From Eledone cirrhosa (lineage: Eukaryota), in assembly GCA_964016885.1 (NCBI GenBank), contig OZ024740.1:228656001-228719801 (forward strand): a stretch of DNA of 63,801 bases, written 5' to 3'. The notes beneath the pieces are model-generated. The model ran no database searches and was not told the origin of the DNA. It was given only the letters and a program-made list of their open reading frames with translations. Of the stretch, positions 51,688 to 63,801 are shown in pieces. Every line of letters starts with the position of its first letter. The first letter of the stretch is position 1. Position numbers and translations under genes: made by a program.

Positions 51688-54600
51688 AATAACTAGTGTA
51701 AGTAATAGTGGTAGTAATAGTTGTAATAATAGTGTAAGTAATAGTGGTAGTAATAGTTGTAATAATAGTGTAAGTAATAGTGGTAGTAATAGTTGTAATA
51801 ATAGTGTAAGTAATAGTTGTAATAATAGTTGTAGTAATAGTGGTAGTAATAGTTGTAATAATAGTGTAAGTAATAGTTGTAATAATGGTGTAAGTAATAG
51901 TTGTAGTAATAGTTGTAATAATAGTGTAAGTAATAGTGTTAGTAATAGTTGTAATAATAGTTGTAAGTAATAGTGGTAGTAATAGTTGTAATAATAGTGT
52001 AAGTAATAGTTGTAATAATAGTTGTAGTAATAGTGTAAGTAATAGTGGTAGTAATAGTTGTAATAATAGTGTAAGTAATAGTGGTAGTAATAGTTGTAAT
52101 AATAGTTGTAAGTAATAGTGGTAGTAATAGTTGTAATAATAGTGTAAGTAATAGTGTAAGTAATAGTGGTAGTAATAGTGGTAGTAATAGTTGTAATAAT
52201 AGGGTAAGTAATAGTTGTAATAATAGTGTAAGTAATAGTGTAAGTAATAGTTGTAATAATAATTGTAATAATAGTGTAAGTAATAGTGGTAGTAATAATT
52301 GTAAGTAATAGTGTAAGTAATAGTGGTAGTAATAGTGGTAATAATAGTGTAAGTAATAGTTGTAGTAATAGTATAATAATAGTGTAAGTAATAGTGTAAG
52401 TAATAGTGTTAGTAATAGTGTAAGTAATAGTTGTAATAATAGTGTAGTAATAGTGGTAGTAATAGTTGTAATAATAGTGTAGTAATAGTGGTAGTAATAA
52501 TTGTAATAATAGTGTAAGTAATGTGGTAGTAATAATTGTAATAATAGTGTAAGTAATAGTGGTAGTAATAGTGGTAATAATAGTGTAAGTAATGTGGTAG
52601 TAATAATTGTAATAATAGTGTAAGTAATAGTGTAGTAATAGTGGTAGTAATAATTGTAAACTAGTGTAAGTAATAGTGGTAGTAATAGTTGTAATAATAG
52701 TGTAAGTAATGGTGGTCGTAATGGTTGTAATAATAGTGTAAGTAATAGTGTAAGTAATAGTTGTAATAATAGTGTAGTAATAGTGGTAGTAATAATTGTA
52801 ATAATAGTGTAAGTAATAGTGGTAGTAATAGTTGTAATAATAGTGTAAGTACTAGTGGTAGTAATAGTTGTAATAATAGTGTAAGTAATAGTGTAAGTAA
52901 TAGTTGTAATAATAGTGTAAGTAATAGTTGTAGTAATAGTTGTAATAATAGTGTAAGTAATAGTTGTAGTAATAGTTGTAATAATAGTGTAAGTAATAGT
53001 TGTAGTAATAGTATAATAATAGTGTAAGTAATAGTGTAAGTAATAGTTGTAGTAATAGTTGTAATAATAGTGTAAGTAATAGTTGTAGTAATAGTTGTAA
53101 TAATAGTGTAAGTAATAGTGGTAGTAATAGTATAATAATAGTGTAAGTAATAGTGTAAGTAATAGTTGTAATAATAGTGTAAGTAATAGTGGTAGTAATA
53201 GTATAATAATAGTGTAAGTACTAGTGTAAGTAATAGTTGTAATAATAGTGTAAGTAATAGTTGTAGTACTAGTATAATAATAGTGTAAGTAATAGTGTAA
53301 GTAATAGTTGTAGTAATAGTTGTAATAATAGTGTAAGTAATAGTGGTAGTAATAGTTGTAATAATAGTGTAAGTAATAGTGGTAGTAATAGTTGGTAATA
53401 ATAGTGTAAGTAATAGTTGTAGTAATAGTTGTAATAATAGTGTAAGTAATAGTGGTAGTAATAGTTGTAATAATAGTGTAAGTAATAGTTGTAATAATAG
53501 GGTAAGTAATAGTGGTAGTAATAGTTGTAATAATAGTGTAAGTAATAGTGTAAGTAATAGTTGTAATAATAGTGTAAGTAATAGTGGTAGTAATAGTATA
53601 ATAATAGTGTAAGTAATAGTTGTAGTAATAGTTGTAATAATGGTGTAAGTAATAGTTGTAGTAATAGTTGTAATAATAGTGTAAGTAATAGTTGTAGTAA
53701 TAGTATAATAATAGTGTAAGTAATAGTGTAAGTAATAGTTGTAATAATAGTGTAAGTAATAGTGGTAGTAATAGTATAATAATAGTGTAAGTAATAGTGT
53801 AAGTAATAGTTGTAATAATAGTGTAAGTAATAGTGGTAGTAATAGTATAATAATAGTGTAAGTAATAGTTGTAATACATAGTGTAAGTAATAGTTGTAAT
53901 AATAGTGTAAGTAATAGTGATAGTAATAGTTGTAATAATAGTGTAAGTAATAGTTGTAGTAATAGTTGTACATAATAGTGTAAGTAATAGTTGTAATAAT
54001 AGTGTAAGTAATAGTGTAAGTAATAGTTGTAGTAATAGTGTAAGTAATAGTTGTAGTACTAGTTGTAATAATAGTGTAAGTAATAGTTGTAATACTAGTG
54101 TAAGTAATAGTGTAAGTAATAGTGTAAGTAATAGTTATAATAATAGTGTAAGTAATAGTTGTAGTAATAGTGTAAGTAATAGTTATAATAATAGTGTACG
54201 TAATAGTTGTAATAATAGTGGTAGTAATAGTGGTAGTAATAGTTGTAATAATAGTGTAAGTAATAGTTGTAATAATAGTGTAAGTAATAGTGGTAGTAAT
54301 AGTGTAAGTACTAGTTATAATAATAGTGTAAGTAATAGTTGTACATAATAGTGGTAGTAATAGTGTAAGTAATAGTTGTAATAATAGTGTAAGTAATAGT
54401 TGTAGTAATAGTTGTAATAATAGTGTAAGTAATAGTTGTAATAATAAGTGTAAGTAATAGTGTAAGTAATAGTTGTAATAATAGTGTAAGTAATAGTGGT
54501 AGTAATAGTGTAAGTAATAGTTGTAAGTAATAGTGGTAGTAATAGTGGTAGTAATAGTTGTAATAATAGTGTAAGTAATAGTTGTAATAATAGTGTAAGT

Positions 54601-57600
54601 AATAGTGGTAGTAATAGTGTAAGTAATAGTTATAATAATAGTGTAAGTAATAGTTGTAATAATAGTGGTAGTAATAGTGGTAGTAATAGTTGTAATAATA
54701 GTGTAAGTAATAGTTGTAATAATAGTGTAGTAAATAGTGGTAATAATAGTTGTACTAATAGGTGTAAGTAATAGTTGTAATAATAGTGGTAGTAATAGTG
54801 GTAGTAATAGTTGTAATAATAAGTGTAAGTAATAGTTGTAATAATAGTGTAAGTAATAGTTGTAATAACTAGTGTAAGTAATAGTGGTAATAATAGTTGT
54901 AATAATAGTGTAGTAATAGTGGTAATAATAGTTGTAATAATAGTGTAAGTAATAGTGTAAGTAATAGTTGTAATAATAGTGTAAGTAATAGTGTAAGTAC
55001 TAGTGTAAGTAATCGTTGTAATAATAGTGTAAGTAATAGTTGTAATAATAGTGTAAGTAATGGTTGTAATGATAGTGTAAGTAATAGTGGTAGTAATAGT
55101 TGTAATAATAGTGTAAGTAATAGTTGTAATAATAGTGTAAGTAATAGTGTTAGTAATAGTTGTAATAATAGTGTAAGTAATAGTTGTAATCATAGTGGTA
55201 AGTAATAGTGGTAGTAATAGTTGTAATAATAGTGTAAGTAATAGTGGTAGTAATAATTGTAATAATAGTGTAAGTAATAGTGTAAGTAATAGTTGTAATA
55301 ATAGTGTAAGTAATAGTGGTAATAATAGTTGTAATACATAGTGTAAGTAATAGTTGTAATAATAGTGTAAGTAACTAGTGGTAATAATAGTTGTAGTAAT
55401 CGTGTAAGTACATAGTGGTAGTAATAGTTGTAATAATAGTGTAAGTAATAGTTGTAATAATAGTGTAATAATAGTGTAAGTAATAGTGTAAGTAATAGTT
55501 GTAATAATAGGGTAAGTAATAGTGTAAGTAATAGTTGTAATAATAGTGTAAGTAATAGTGGTAGTAATAGTTGAAATAATAGTGTAAGTAATAGTGGTAA
55601 TAATAGTTGTAATAATAGTGTAAGTAATAGTGGTAAGGTAATAGTTGTAATACTGGTGTAAGTAATAGTTGTAATAATAGTTGTACATAATGGTGTAAGT
55701 AATAGTTGTAGTAATAGTTGTAATAATAGTGTAAGTAATAGTGTAGTAATAGTTGTATAATAGTGTAAGTAATAGTGGTAATAATAGTTGTAGTAATAGT
55801 GTAAGTAATAGTGGTAGTAATAGTTGTAATAATAGGGTAAGTAATAGTGGTAGTAATAGTTGTAATAATAGTGTAAGTAATAGTGGTAGTAATAGTTGTA
55901 ATAATAGTGTAAGTAATAGTGGTAGTAATAGTTGTAATAATAGTGTAAGTAATAGTGGTAATAATAGTTGTAATAATAGTGTAAGTCATAGTGTAGTAAT
56001 AGTTGTAATAATGGTGTAAGTAATAGTTGTAATAATAGTTGTAATAATGGTGTAAGTAATAGTTGTAGTAATAGTTGTAATAATAGTGTCAGTAATAGTG
56101 GTAGTAATGTTGTAATAATAGTGTAAGTAATAGTTGTAATAATAGTGTAAGTAATAGTTGTAATAATAGTGTAAGTAATAGTGGTAGTAATAGTTGTAAT
56201 AATAGTGTAAGTAATAGTGTTAGTAATAGTTGTAATAATAGTGTAGTAATAGTGGTAGTAATAATTGTAATAATAGTGTAAGTAATAGTGGTAGTAATAG
56301 TGGTAATAATAGTGTCAGTAATGTGGTAGTAATAATTGTAATAATAGTGTAAGTAATAGTGGTAGTAATAGTGGTAGTAATAGTTGTAATCAATAGGGTA
56401 AGTAATAGTTGTAATAATAGTGTAAGTAATAGTGTAAGTAATAGTTGTAATAATAATTGTAATAATAGTGTAAGTAATAGTTGTAATAATAGTGTAAGTA
56501 ATAGTTGTAGTAATAGTTGTAATAAATAGTGTAAGTAATAGTGGTAATAATAGTTGTAATAATAGTGTAAGTAATAGTGGTAGTAATAGTATAATAATAG
56601 TGTAAGTAATAAGTGTAAGCTAATAGTTGTAATAATAGGGTAAGTAATAGTTGTACTAATAGTGTAAGTAATAGTGGTAGTAATAGTTGTATAATAGGGT
56701 ACAGTAATAGTTGTAATAATAGGTGTAAGTAATAGTGGTAGTAATAGTTGTAATAATAGTGTAAGTAATAGTGGTAGTAATAGTTGTAATAATAGTGTAA
56801 GTAATAGTTGTAGTAATAGTTGTAATAATAGTGTAAGTAATAGTGTAAGTAATAGTTGTAATAATAGTGTAAGTAATAGTTGTAGTAATAGTTGTAATAA
56901 TAGTGTAAGTAATAGTGTAAGTAATAGTGGTAGTAATAGTTGTAATAATAGTGTAAGTAATAGTGGTAGTAATAGTTGTAATAATAGTGTAAGTAAATAG
57001 TGGGTAGTAATAGTATAATAATGGTGTAAGTAATAGTTGTAGTAATAGTTGTAATAATAGTGTAAGTAATAGTGTAAGTAATAGTTGTAATAATAGTGTA
57101 AGTAATAGTGGTAGTAATAGTTGTAATAATAGTGTAAGTTATAGTGGTAGTAATAGTGGTAGTACTAGTATAATAATAGTGTAAGTAATAGTTGTAGTAA
57201 AGTATAATAATATAGTGTAAGTAATAGTGTAAGTAATAGTTGTAGTAATAGTTGTAATAATAGTGTAAGTAATAGTGGTAGTAATAGTTGTAATAATAGT
57301 GTAAGTAATAGTGGTAGTAATAGTTGTAATAATAAGTGTAAGTAATAGTTGTAGTAATAGTTGTACTAATAGTGTAAGTAATAGTGGTAGTAATAGTTGT
57401 AATAATAGTGTACAGTAATAGTTGTAATAATAGGGTAAGTAATAGTGGTAGTAATAGTTGTAATAATAGTGTAAGTAATAGTGTAAGTAATAGTTGTAAT
57501 AATAGTGTAAGTAATAGTGGTAGTAATAGTATAATAATAGTGTAAGTAATAGTTGTAGTAATAGTTGTAATAATGGTGTAAGTAATAGTTGTAGTAATAG

Positions 57601-60600
57601 TTGTAATAATAGTGTAAGTAATAGTTGTAGTAATAGTATAATAATAGTGATAAGTAATAGTGTAAGTAATAGTTGTAATAATAGTGTAAGTAATAGTGAG
57701 TAAGTAATAGTATAATAATAGTGTAAGTAATAGTGTAAGTAATAGTTGTACTAATAGTGTAGTAATAGTGGTAGTAATAGTATAATAATAGGTGTAAGTA
57801 ATAGTTGTAATAATAGTGTAAGTAATAGTTGTAATAATAGTGTAAGTAATAGTGATAGTAATAGTTGTAATAATAGTGTAAGTAATAGTGTAAGTAATAG
57901 TTGTAATAATAGTGTAAGTAATAGTGTAAGTAATAGTTGTAGTAATAGTGTAAGTAATAGTTGTAGTAACTAGTTGTAATAATAGTGTAAGTAATAGTTG
58001 TAATAATAGTGTAAGTAATAGTGTAAGTAATAGTTGTAATAATAGTGTAAGTAATAGTGGTAGTAATAGTGTAAGTAATAGTTATAATAATAGTGTAAGT
58101 AATAGTTGTAATAATAGTGGTAGTAATAGTGGTAGTAATAGTTGTAATAATAGTGTAAGTAATAGTTGTAATAATAGTGTAAGTAATAGTGGTAGTAATA
58201 GTGTAAGTAATAGTTATAATAATAGTGTAAGTAATAGTTGTACATAATAGTGGTAGTAATAGTGTAAGTAATAGTTGTAATAATAGTGTAAGTAATAGTT
58301 GTAGTAATAGTTGTAATAATAGTGTAAGTAATAGTTGTAATAATAGTGTAAGTAATCGTGGTAGTAATAGTTGTACATATAGTGTAAGTAATAGTGTAAG
58401 TAATAGTTGTAATAATAGTGTAAGTAATAGTGGTAGTAATAGTGTAAGTAATAGTTATAATAATAGTGTAAGTAATAGTTGTAATAATAGTGGTAGTAAT
58501 AGTGGTAGTAATAGTTGTAATACATAGTGTCAAGTAATAGTGGTAGTACTAGTGTAAGTAATAGTTATAATAATAGTGTAAGTAATAGTTGTAATAATAG
58601 TGGTAGTAATAGTGGTAATAATAGCTTGTAATAATAGTGGTAGTAATAGTTGTAATAATAGTGGTAGTCAATAGTGGTAGTAATAGTTGTAATAATAGTG
58701 TAAGTAATAGTTGTAATAATAGTGTAAGTAATAGTTGTAATAATAGTGTAGTAATAGTGGTAATAATAGTTGTAATAATAGGTGTAAGTAATAGTGTAAG
58801 TAATAGTAGTAAATAATAGTGTAAGTAATAGCTGTAAGTAATAAGTGTAAGTAATAGTTGTAATAATAGTGTAAGTAATAGTTGTAATAATAGTGTAGTA
58901 CTGGTTGTAATGATAGTGTAAGTAATAGTGGTAGTAATAGTTGTAATAATAGTGTAAGTAATAGTGTTAGTAATAGTTGTAATAATAAGTGTAAGTAATA
59001 GTTGTAATAATAGTGTAAGTAATAGTGGTAGTAATAGTTGTAATAATAGTGTAAGTAATAGTGGTAGTAATAATTGGTCATAATAGTGTAAGTAATAGTG
59101 TAAGCTAATAGTTGTAATAATAGTGTAAGTAATAGTGGTAATAATAGTTGTAGTAATAGTGTAAGTAATAGTGGTAGTAATAGTTGTAATAATAGTGTAC
59201 GTAATAGTTGTAATAATAGTGTAATAATAGTGTAAGTAATAGTGTAAGTAATAGTTGTAATAATCGGGTAAGTAATAGTGTAAGTACTAGTTGTAATCAA
59301 TAGTGTAAGTAATAGTGGTAGTAATAGTTGACAATAATAGTGTAAGTAATAGTTGTAATAATAGTTGTAGTAATAGTGTAAGTAATAGTTGTAATAATAG
59401 TTGTAATAATGGTGTAAGTAATAGTTGTAGTAATAGTTGTAATAACTAGTGTAAGTAATAGTGGTAATAATAGTTGTAGTAATAGTGTAAGTACTAGTGG
59501 TAGTAATAGTTGTAATAATCGGGTAAGTAATAGTGGTAGTAATAGTTGTAATAATGGTGTAAGTCATAGTTGTAATCATAGTTGTAAATAATGGTGTAAG
59601 TAATAGTTGTAGTAATAGTTGTAATAATAGTGTAAGTAATAGTGGTAATAATAGTTGTAATAATAGTGTAAGTAATCGTGGTAGTAACTAGTTGTAATAA
59701 TAGTGTAAGTAATCGTGGTAGTAATAGTTGTAATAATGGTGTAAGTACTAGTTGTAATAATAGTTGTAATAATGGTGTAAGTAATAGTTGTAGTAATAGT
59801 TGTAATACATAGTGTAAGTAATAGTGGTAGTAATAGTTGTAATAATGGAGTAAGTAATCGTTGTAATAATAATTGTAATAATGGTGTAAGTAATAGTTGT
59901 ACTAATAGTTGTAATAATAGTGTAAGTAATAGTGGTAGTAATAGTTGACATATAGGTAAGTAATAGTTGTAATAATAGTTGTAGTAATAGTGTAAGTAAT
60001 AGTTGTAATCATAGTTGTAATAATGGTGTAAGTAATAGTTGTAGTAATAGTTGTAATAATAGTGTAAGTAATAGTGGTAATAATAGTTGTAGTAATAGTG
60101 TAAGTAATAGTGGTAGTAATAGTTGTAATAATAGTGTAAGTAATAGTGGTAGTCATAGTTGTACTAATAGTGTAAGTAATAGTTGTAATAATAGTTGTAA
60201 TAATGGTGTAAGTAAATAGTTGTAGTAATAGTTGTAATAATAGTGTAAGTAATAGTGGTAGTAATAGTTGTAATAATAGTGTAAGTAATAGTGGTAGTAA
60301 TAGTTGTAATCATGGTGTAAGTAATAGTTGTAATAATAGTTGTAATAATGGTGTACAGTAATAGTTGTAGTAATAGTTGTAATAATAGTGTAAGTAATAG
60401 TGGTAGTCATAGTTGTATAATAGTGTAAGTAATAGTTGTAATAATCGTTGTAATAATGGTGTAAGTAATAGTTGTAATACTAGTTGTAATAATAGTGTCA
60501 GTAATAGTGGTAGTAATAGTTGTAATAATAAGTGTAAGTAATAGTTGTAATAATAGTGTAAGTAATAGTTGTAATAATCGTGTAAGTAATAGTGGTAGTA

Positions 60601-61815
60601 ATAGTTGTAATAATAGTGTAAGTAATAGTGTTAGTAATAGTTGTAATAATAGTGTAGTAATAGTGGTAGTAATAATTGTAATAATAGTGTAAGTAATAGT
60701 AGTACTAATAGTGTAAGTAATAGTGGTAATAATCGTGTAAGTAATGTGGTAGTAATAATTGTAATACTAAGTGTAAGTAATAGTGGTAGTAATATTGAAG
60801 TACTAATTGTATAAGTACTAAGTAAGTGGTAAGTAATAGTTGTAATAATAGTGTAAGTAATAGTTGTACGTACTAGTTGTACTAATAGTGTAAGTAATCG
60901 TGGTAATACATAGTTGTAATACATAGTGTAAGTAATAGTGGTAGTACATAGTATAACTAATAGTGTAAGTAATAGTGTCAGTATAGTTGTACACTAATAG
61001 GGTAAGTACTAGTTGTAATCATAGTGTAAGTACTAGTGGTAGTAATAGTTGTAATAATAGGGTAACGTAATAGTTGTAATAATAGTGTAAGTCACTAGTG
61101 GTAGTAATCGTTGTACATAATAGTGTAAGTACATAGTGGTAGTAATAGTTGTAATAATAGTGTAACGTAATAGTGGTAGTATAGTTGTAATCATAGTGTG
61201 AGTAATAGTGGTAGTACATACGTTGTAATCATAGTGTAAGTAATAGTGGTAGTACATAGTGTAATAATAGTGTAAGTCACTAGTGGTAGTAATAGTTGTA
61301 ATAAATAGTGTACGTAATAGTGGTAGTACTAGTATAATCATGTGTCAGTAATCGTAGTAGTACAAGTTGTAACTAATAGTGTACGGTACCTAGTGTAGTA
61401 ATAGTGTCAGTACTCGTTGTAATACATAGTGTAAGTAATAGTGGTAGTACTCGTTGTACATAATAGTGTAAGTCAATAGTGGTAGTAACTAATTGTAACT
61501 ATAGTGTAAGTAATAGTTGTAATAATAGTGTAAGTAATAGTGGTAGTAATAGTTGTCATACTAGTGTACGTACTAGTGGTAGTACTAGTTGTACATAATA
61601 GTGCTGGTCATAGTGTAAGTACTAGTTGTCATAATCGTGTAGTAATAGAGGTAGTCAACTCGTTGTCCTCATAGTGTGAGTCATAGTGGTCGTAATCGTG
61701 TAATAATCAGTGTACAGTAATCGTAGTACTACATAGTTGTAACTAACTAGTTCAACTAGTGAGTACTAGTGTAAGTAACCTCGTTGTACTCACTATTGTA
61801 GTAAAGTGGTAGTAC
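51688..61815 (-). other. Apparent (TAGTGGTAGTAA-TAGTTGTAATAA-TAGTGTAAGTAA)n array that is the reverse complement of ~41.6-51.7 kb under C>A, A>T, T>G, G>G
   Basis: Unit order and rare variants mirror the left arm at coordinate sums of ~103,360 (see findings). Confidence 0.88.
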
Positions 61816-63801
61816 ACTAATACCACCACTATATCTACCACTATTACTACCTACTAATACCCACCACTATACTACCACTAATTACTACCACTAATACCAC
61901 CACTATACCTACCACTATTCTCACACTAATACACCACTATACCTACCACTATACTACACTATATACCACCACTATAACTACCACTATTACTACCACTAAT
62001 ACCACCACTATACCTACCCACTAATACTACCACTAATACCACCACATATACCTACCACTAGTCCGACCACTAATACCACCACTATACTACCACTATTACT
62101 ACCACTTAATACCACCACTATACCTACCACTATTACTACACACTAATACCACCATCTATACCTACACTATTACTACCACTAATACATACCACTATACCTA
62201 CCACTATTACTACCACTAATACCACCACTATACCTACCACTAATACTACCACTAATACCACCACTTATACCTACCACTATTACTACCACTAATACCACCA
62301 CTATACCTACCACTATTACTACCACTAATACCACCACTATACCTACCACTATTACTACCACTAATACACCACTATACCTACCACTATTACTACCACCAAT
62401 ACTACCACTATACTACACTATTACTACCACAATACACCACTATACCTACCACTATTACTACACTAATACCACCACTATACCTACACTATTACTACCACTA
62501 ATACCACCACTATACCTACCACTATTACTACACTCTAATACCACCACTATACCTACCACTATTACTACCACTAATACCACCACTATACCTACTACCACTA
62601 TTACTAACCACTAATACCACCACTATACCTACCACTATTACTACCACTAATACCACCACTATACCTACCACTATTACTACCACTAATACACCACTATATC
62701 TACCACTATTACTACCACTAATACCACCACTATACCTACCACTATTACTACCACTAATACCACCACTATACCTACCACTATTACTACCACTAATACCACC
62801 ACTATACCTACCACTATTACTACCACTAATACCACCACTATACCTACCACTATTACTACCACCTAATACCACCACTATACCTACCACTATTACTACCACT
62901 AATACCACCACTATACCTACCACTATTACTACCACTAATACCACCACTATATCTACCACTATTACTACCACTAATACCACCACTATACCTACCACTATTA
63001 CTACCACTAATACCACCACTATACCTACCACTAATACCAACCACTATACCTACCACTATTACCACCACTAATACCACCACTATACCTACTACTATTACTA
63101 CCACTAATACCACCACTAATACACCACTATACCTACCACTATTACTACCACTAATACCACCACTATACCTACCACTAATACCACCACTATACCTACCACT
63201 ATTACCACCACTATACTACCACTAATACTACCACTAATACCACCACTATACCTAACACTAATACCACCACTATACTACCACTAATACTACCACTAATACC
63301 ACCACTATACCTACCACTATTACTACCACTAATACCACCACTATACCTACCATATTACTACCACCAATACCACCACTATACCTACCACTATTACTACCAC
63401 CAATACCACCACTATACTACCACTATACCTACCACTAATACCACCACTATATCTACCACTAATACCACCACTATACCTACCACTATTACTACCACCATTA
63501 CCACCACTATACCTACCACTATTACTACCACTAATACCACCACTATACCTACCACTATACCTACCACTACTACCACCACTATACCTACCACTATTACTAC
63601 CACCAATACCACCACTATACTACCACTATACCTACCACTAATACCACCACTATACCTACCACTATTACTACCCACTACTACCACCACTATACCTACCACT
63701 ATTACTACCACCAATACCACCACCAATACCACCACTATACCTACCACTATTACTACACTAATACCACCACTATACCTACCACTATTACTACCACTAATAC
63801 C
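61816..63801 (-). repeat. Plain reverse-complement copy of ~39603-41590 (right arm of palindrome, runs off the window)
   Basis: The window end is the reverse complement of sequence starting at 39603. Diagnostic variants pair up: TAGTGTTAGG 40144 / CCTAACACTA 63251, AGTAATATGG ~40045 / CCATATTACT ~63350, TAGTAGTAGG 40311 / CCTACTACTA 63085. Confidence 0.96.

Noticed and set aside
51939-61341. Tyr/His/Thr-rich ORFs and an apparently new AGTAAT satellite family
   Set aside because: The region decodes base-for-base to the reverse complement of the upstream array, so it is not an independent sequence.

Overview
Eukaryotic, gene-poor, repeat-dominated window. It looks cephalopod/Octopus-like, judging from the SINE families and the extreme microsatellite density (inference). 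No intact host gene is supported, and nearly all long ORFs in the track are translations of simple repeats. Layout: (1) 1-20.8 kb is a 38-bp AT-rich satellite with ~5.74-kb higher-order structure, ending in a 34-bp deletion variant. (2) 20.9-37.7 kb is a cluster of decayed mobile elements: two 3' fragments of a CRE-like RLE non-LTR element, a near full-length dead RTE LINE, several tRNA-derived SINEs, and a Penelope-like GIY-YIG remnant interrupted by a hAT MITE. Micro- and minisatellites lie between them. (3) 39.1-63.8 kb looks like three or four different satellites but is one 12/36-bp array folded back into a palindrome of at least 24 kb centred at ~51,687. The 50.5-61.8 kb part is written through a single base-for-base substitution (C>A, A>T, T>G, G>G). 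Decoding restores the mirror image, including rare single-base variants. This is the most striking signal in the window, but it is most likely a long-read base-calling or fold-back artefact rather than a new biological system, and raw reads would decide.
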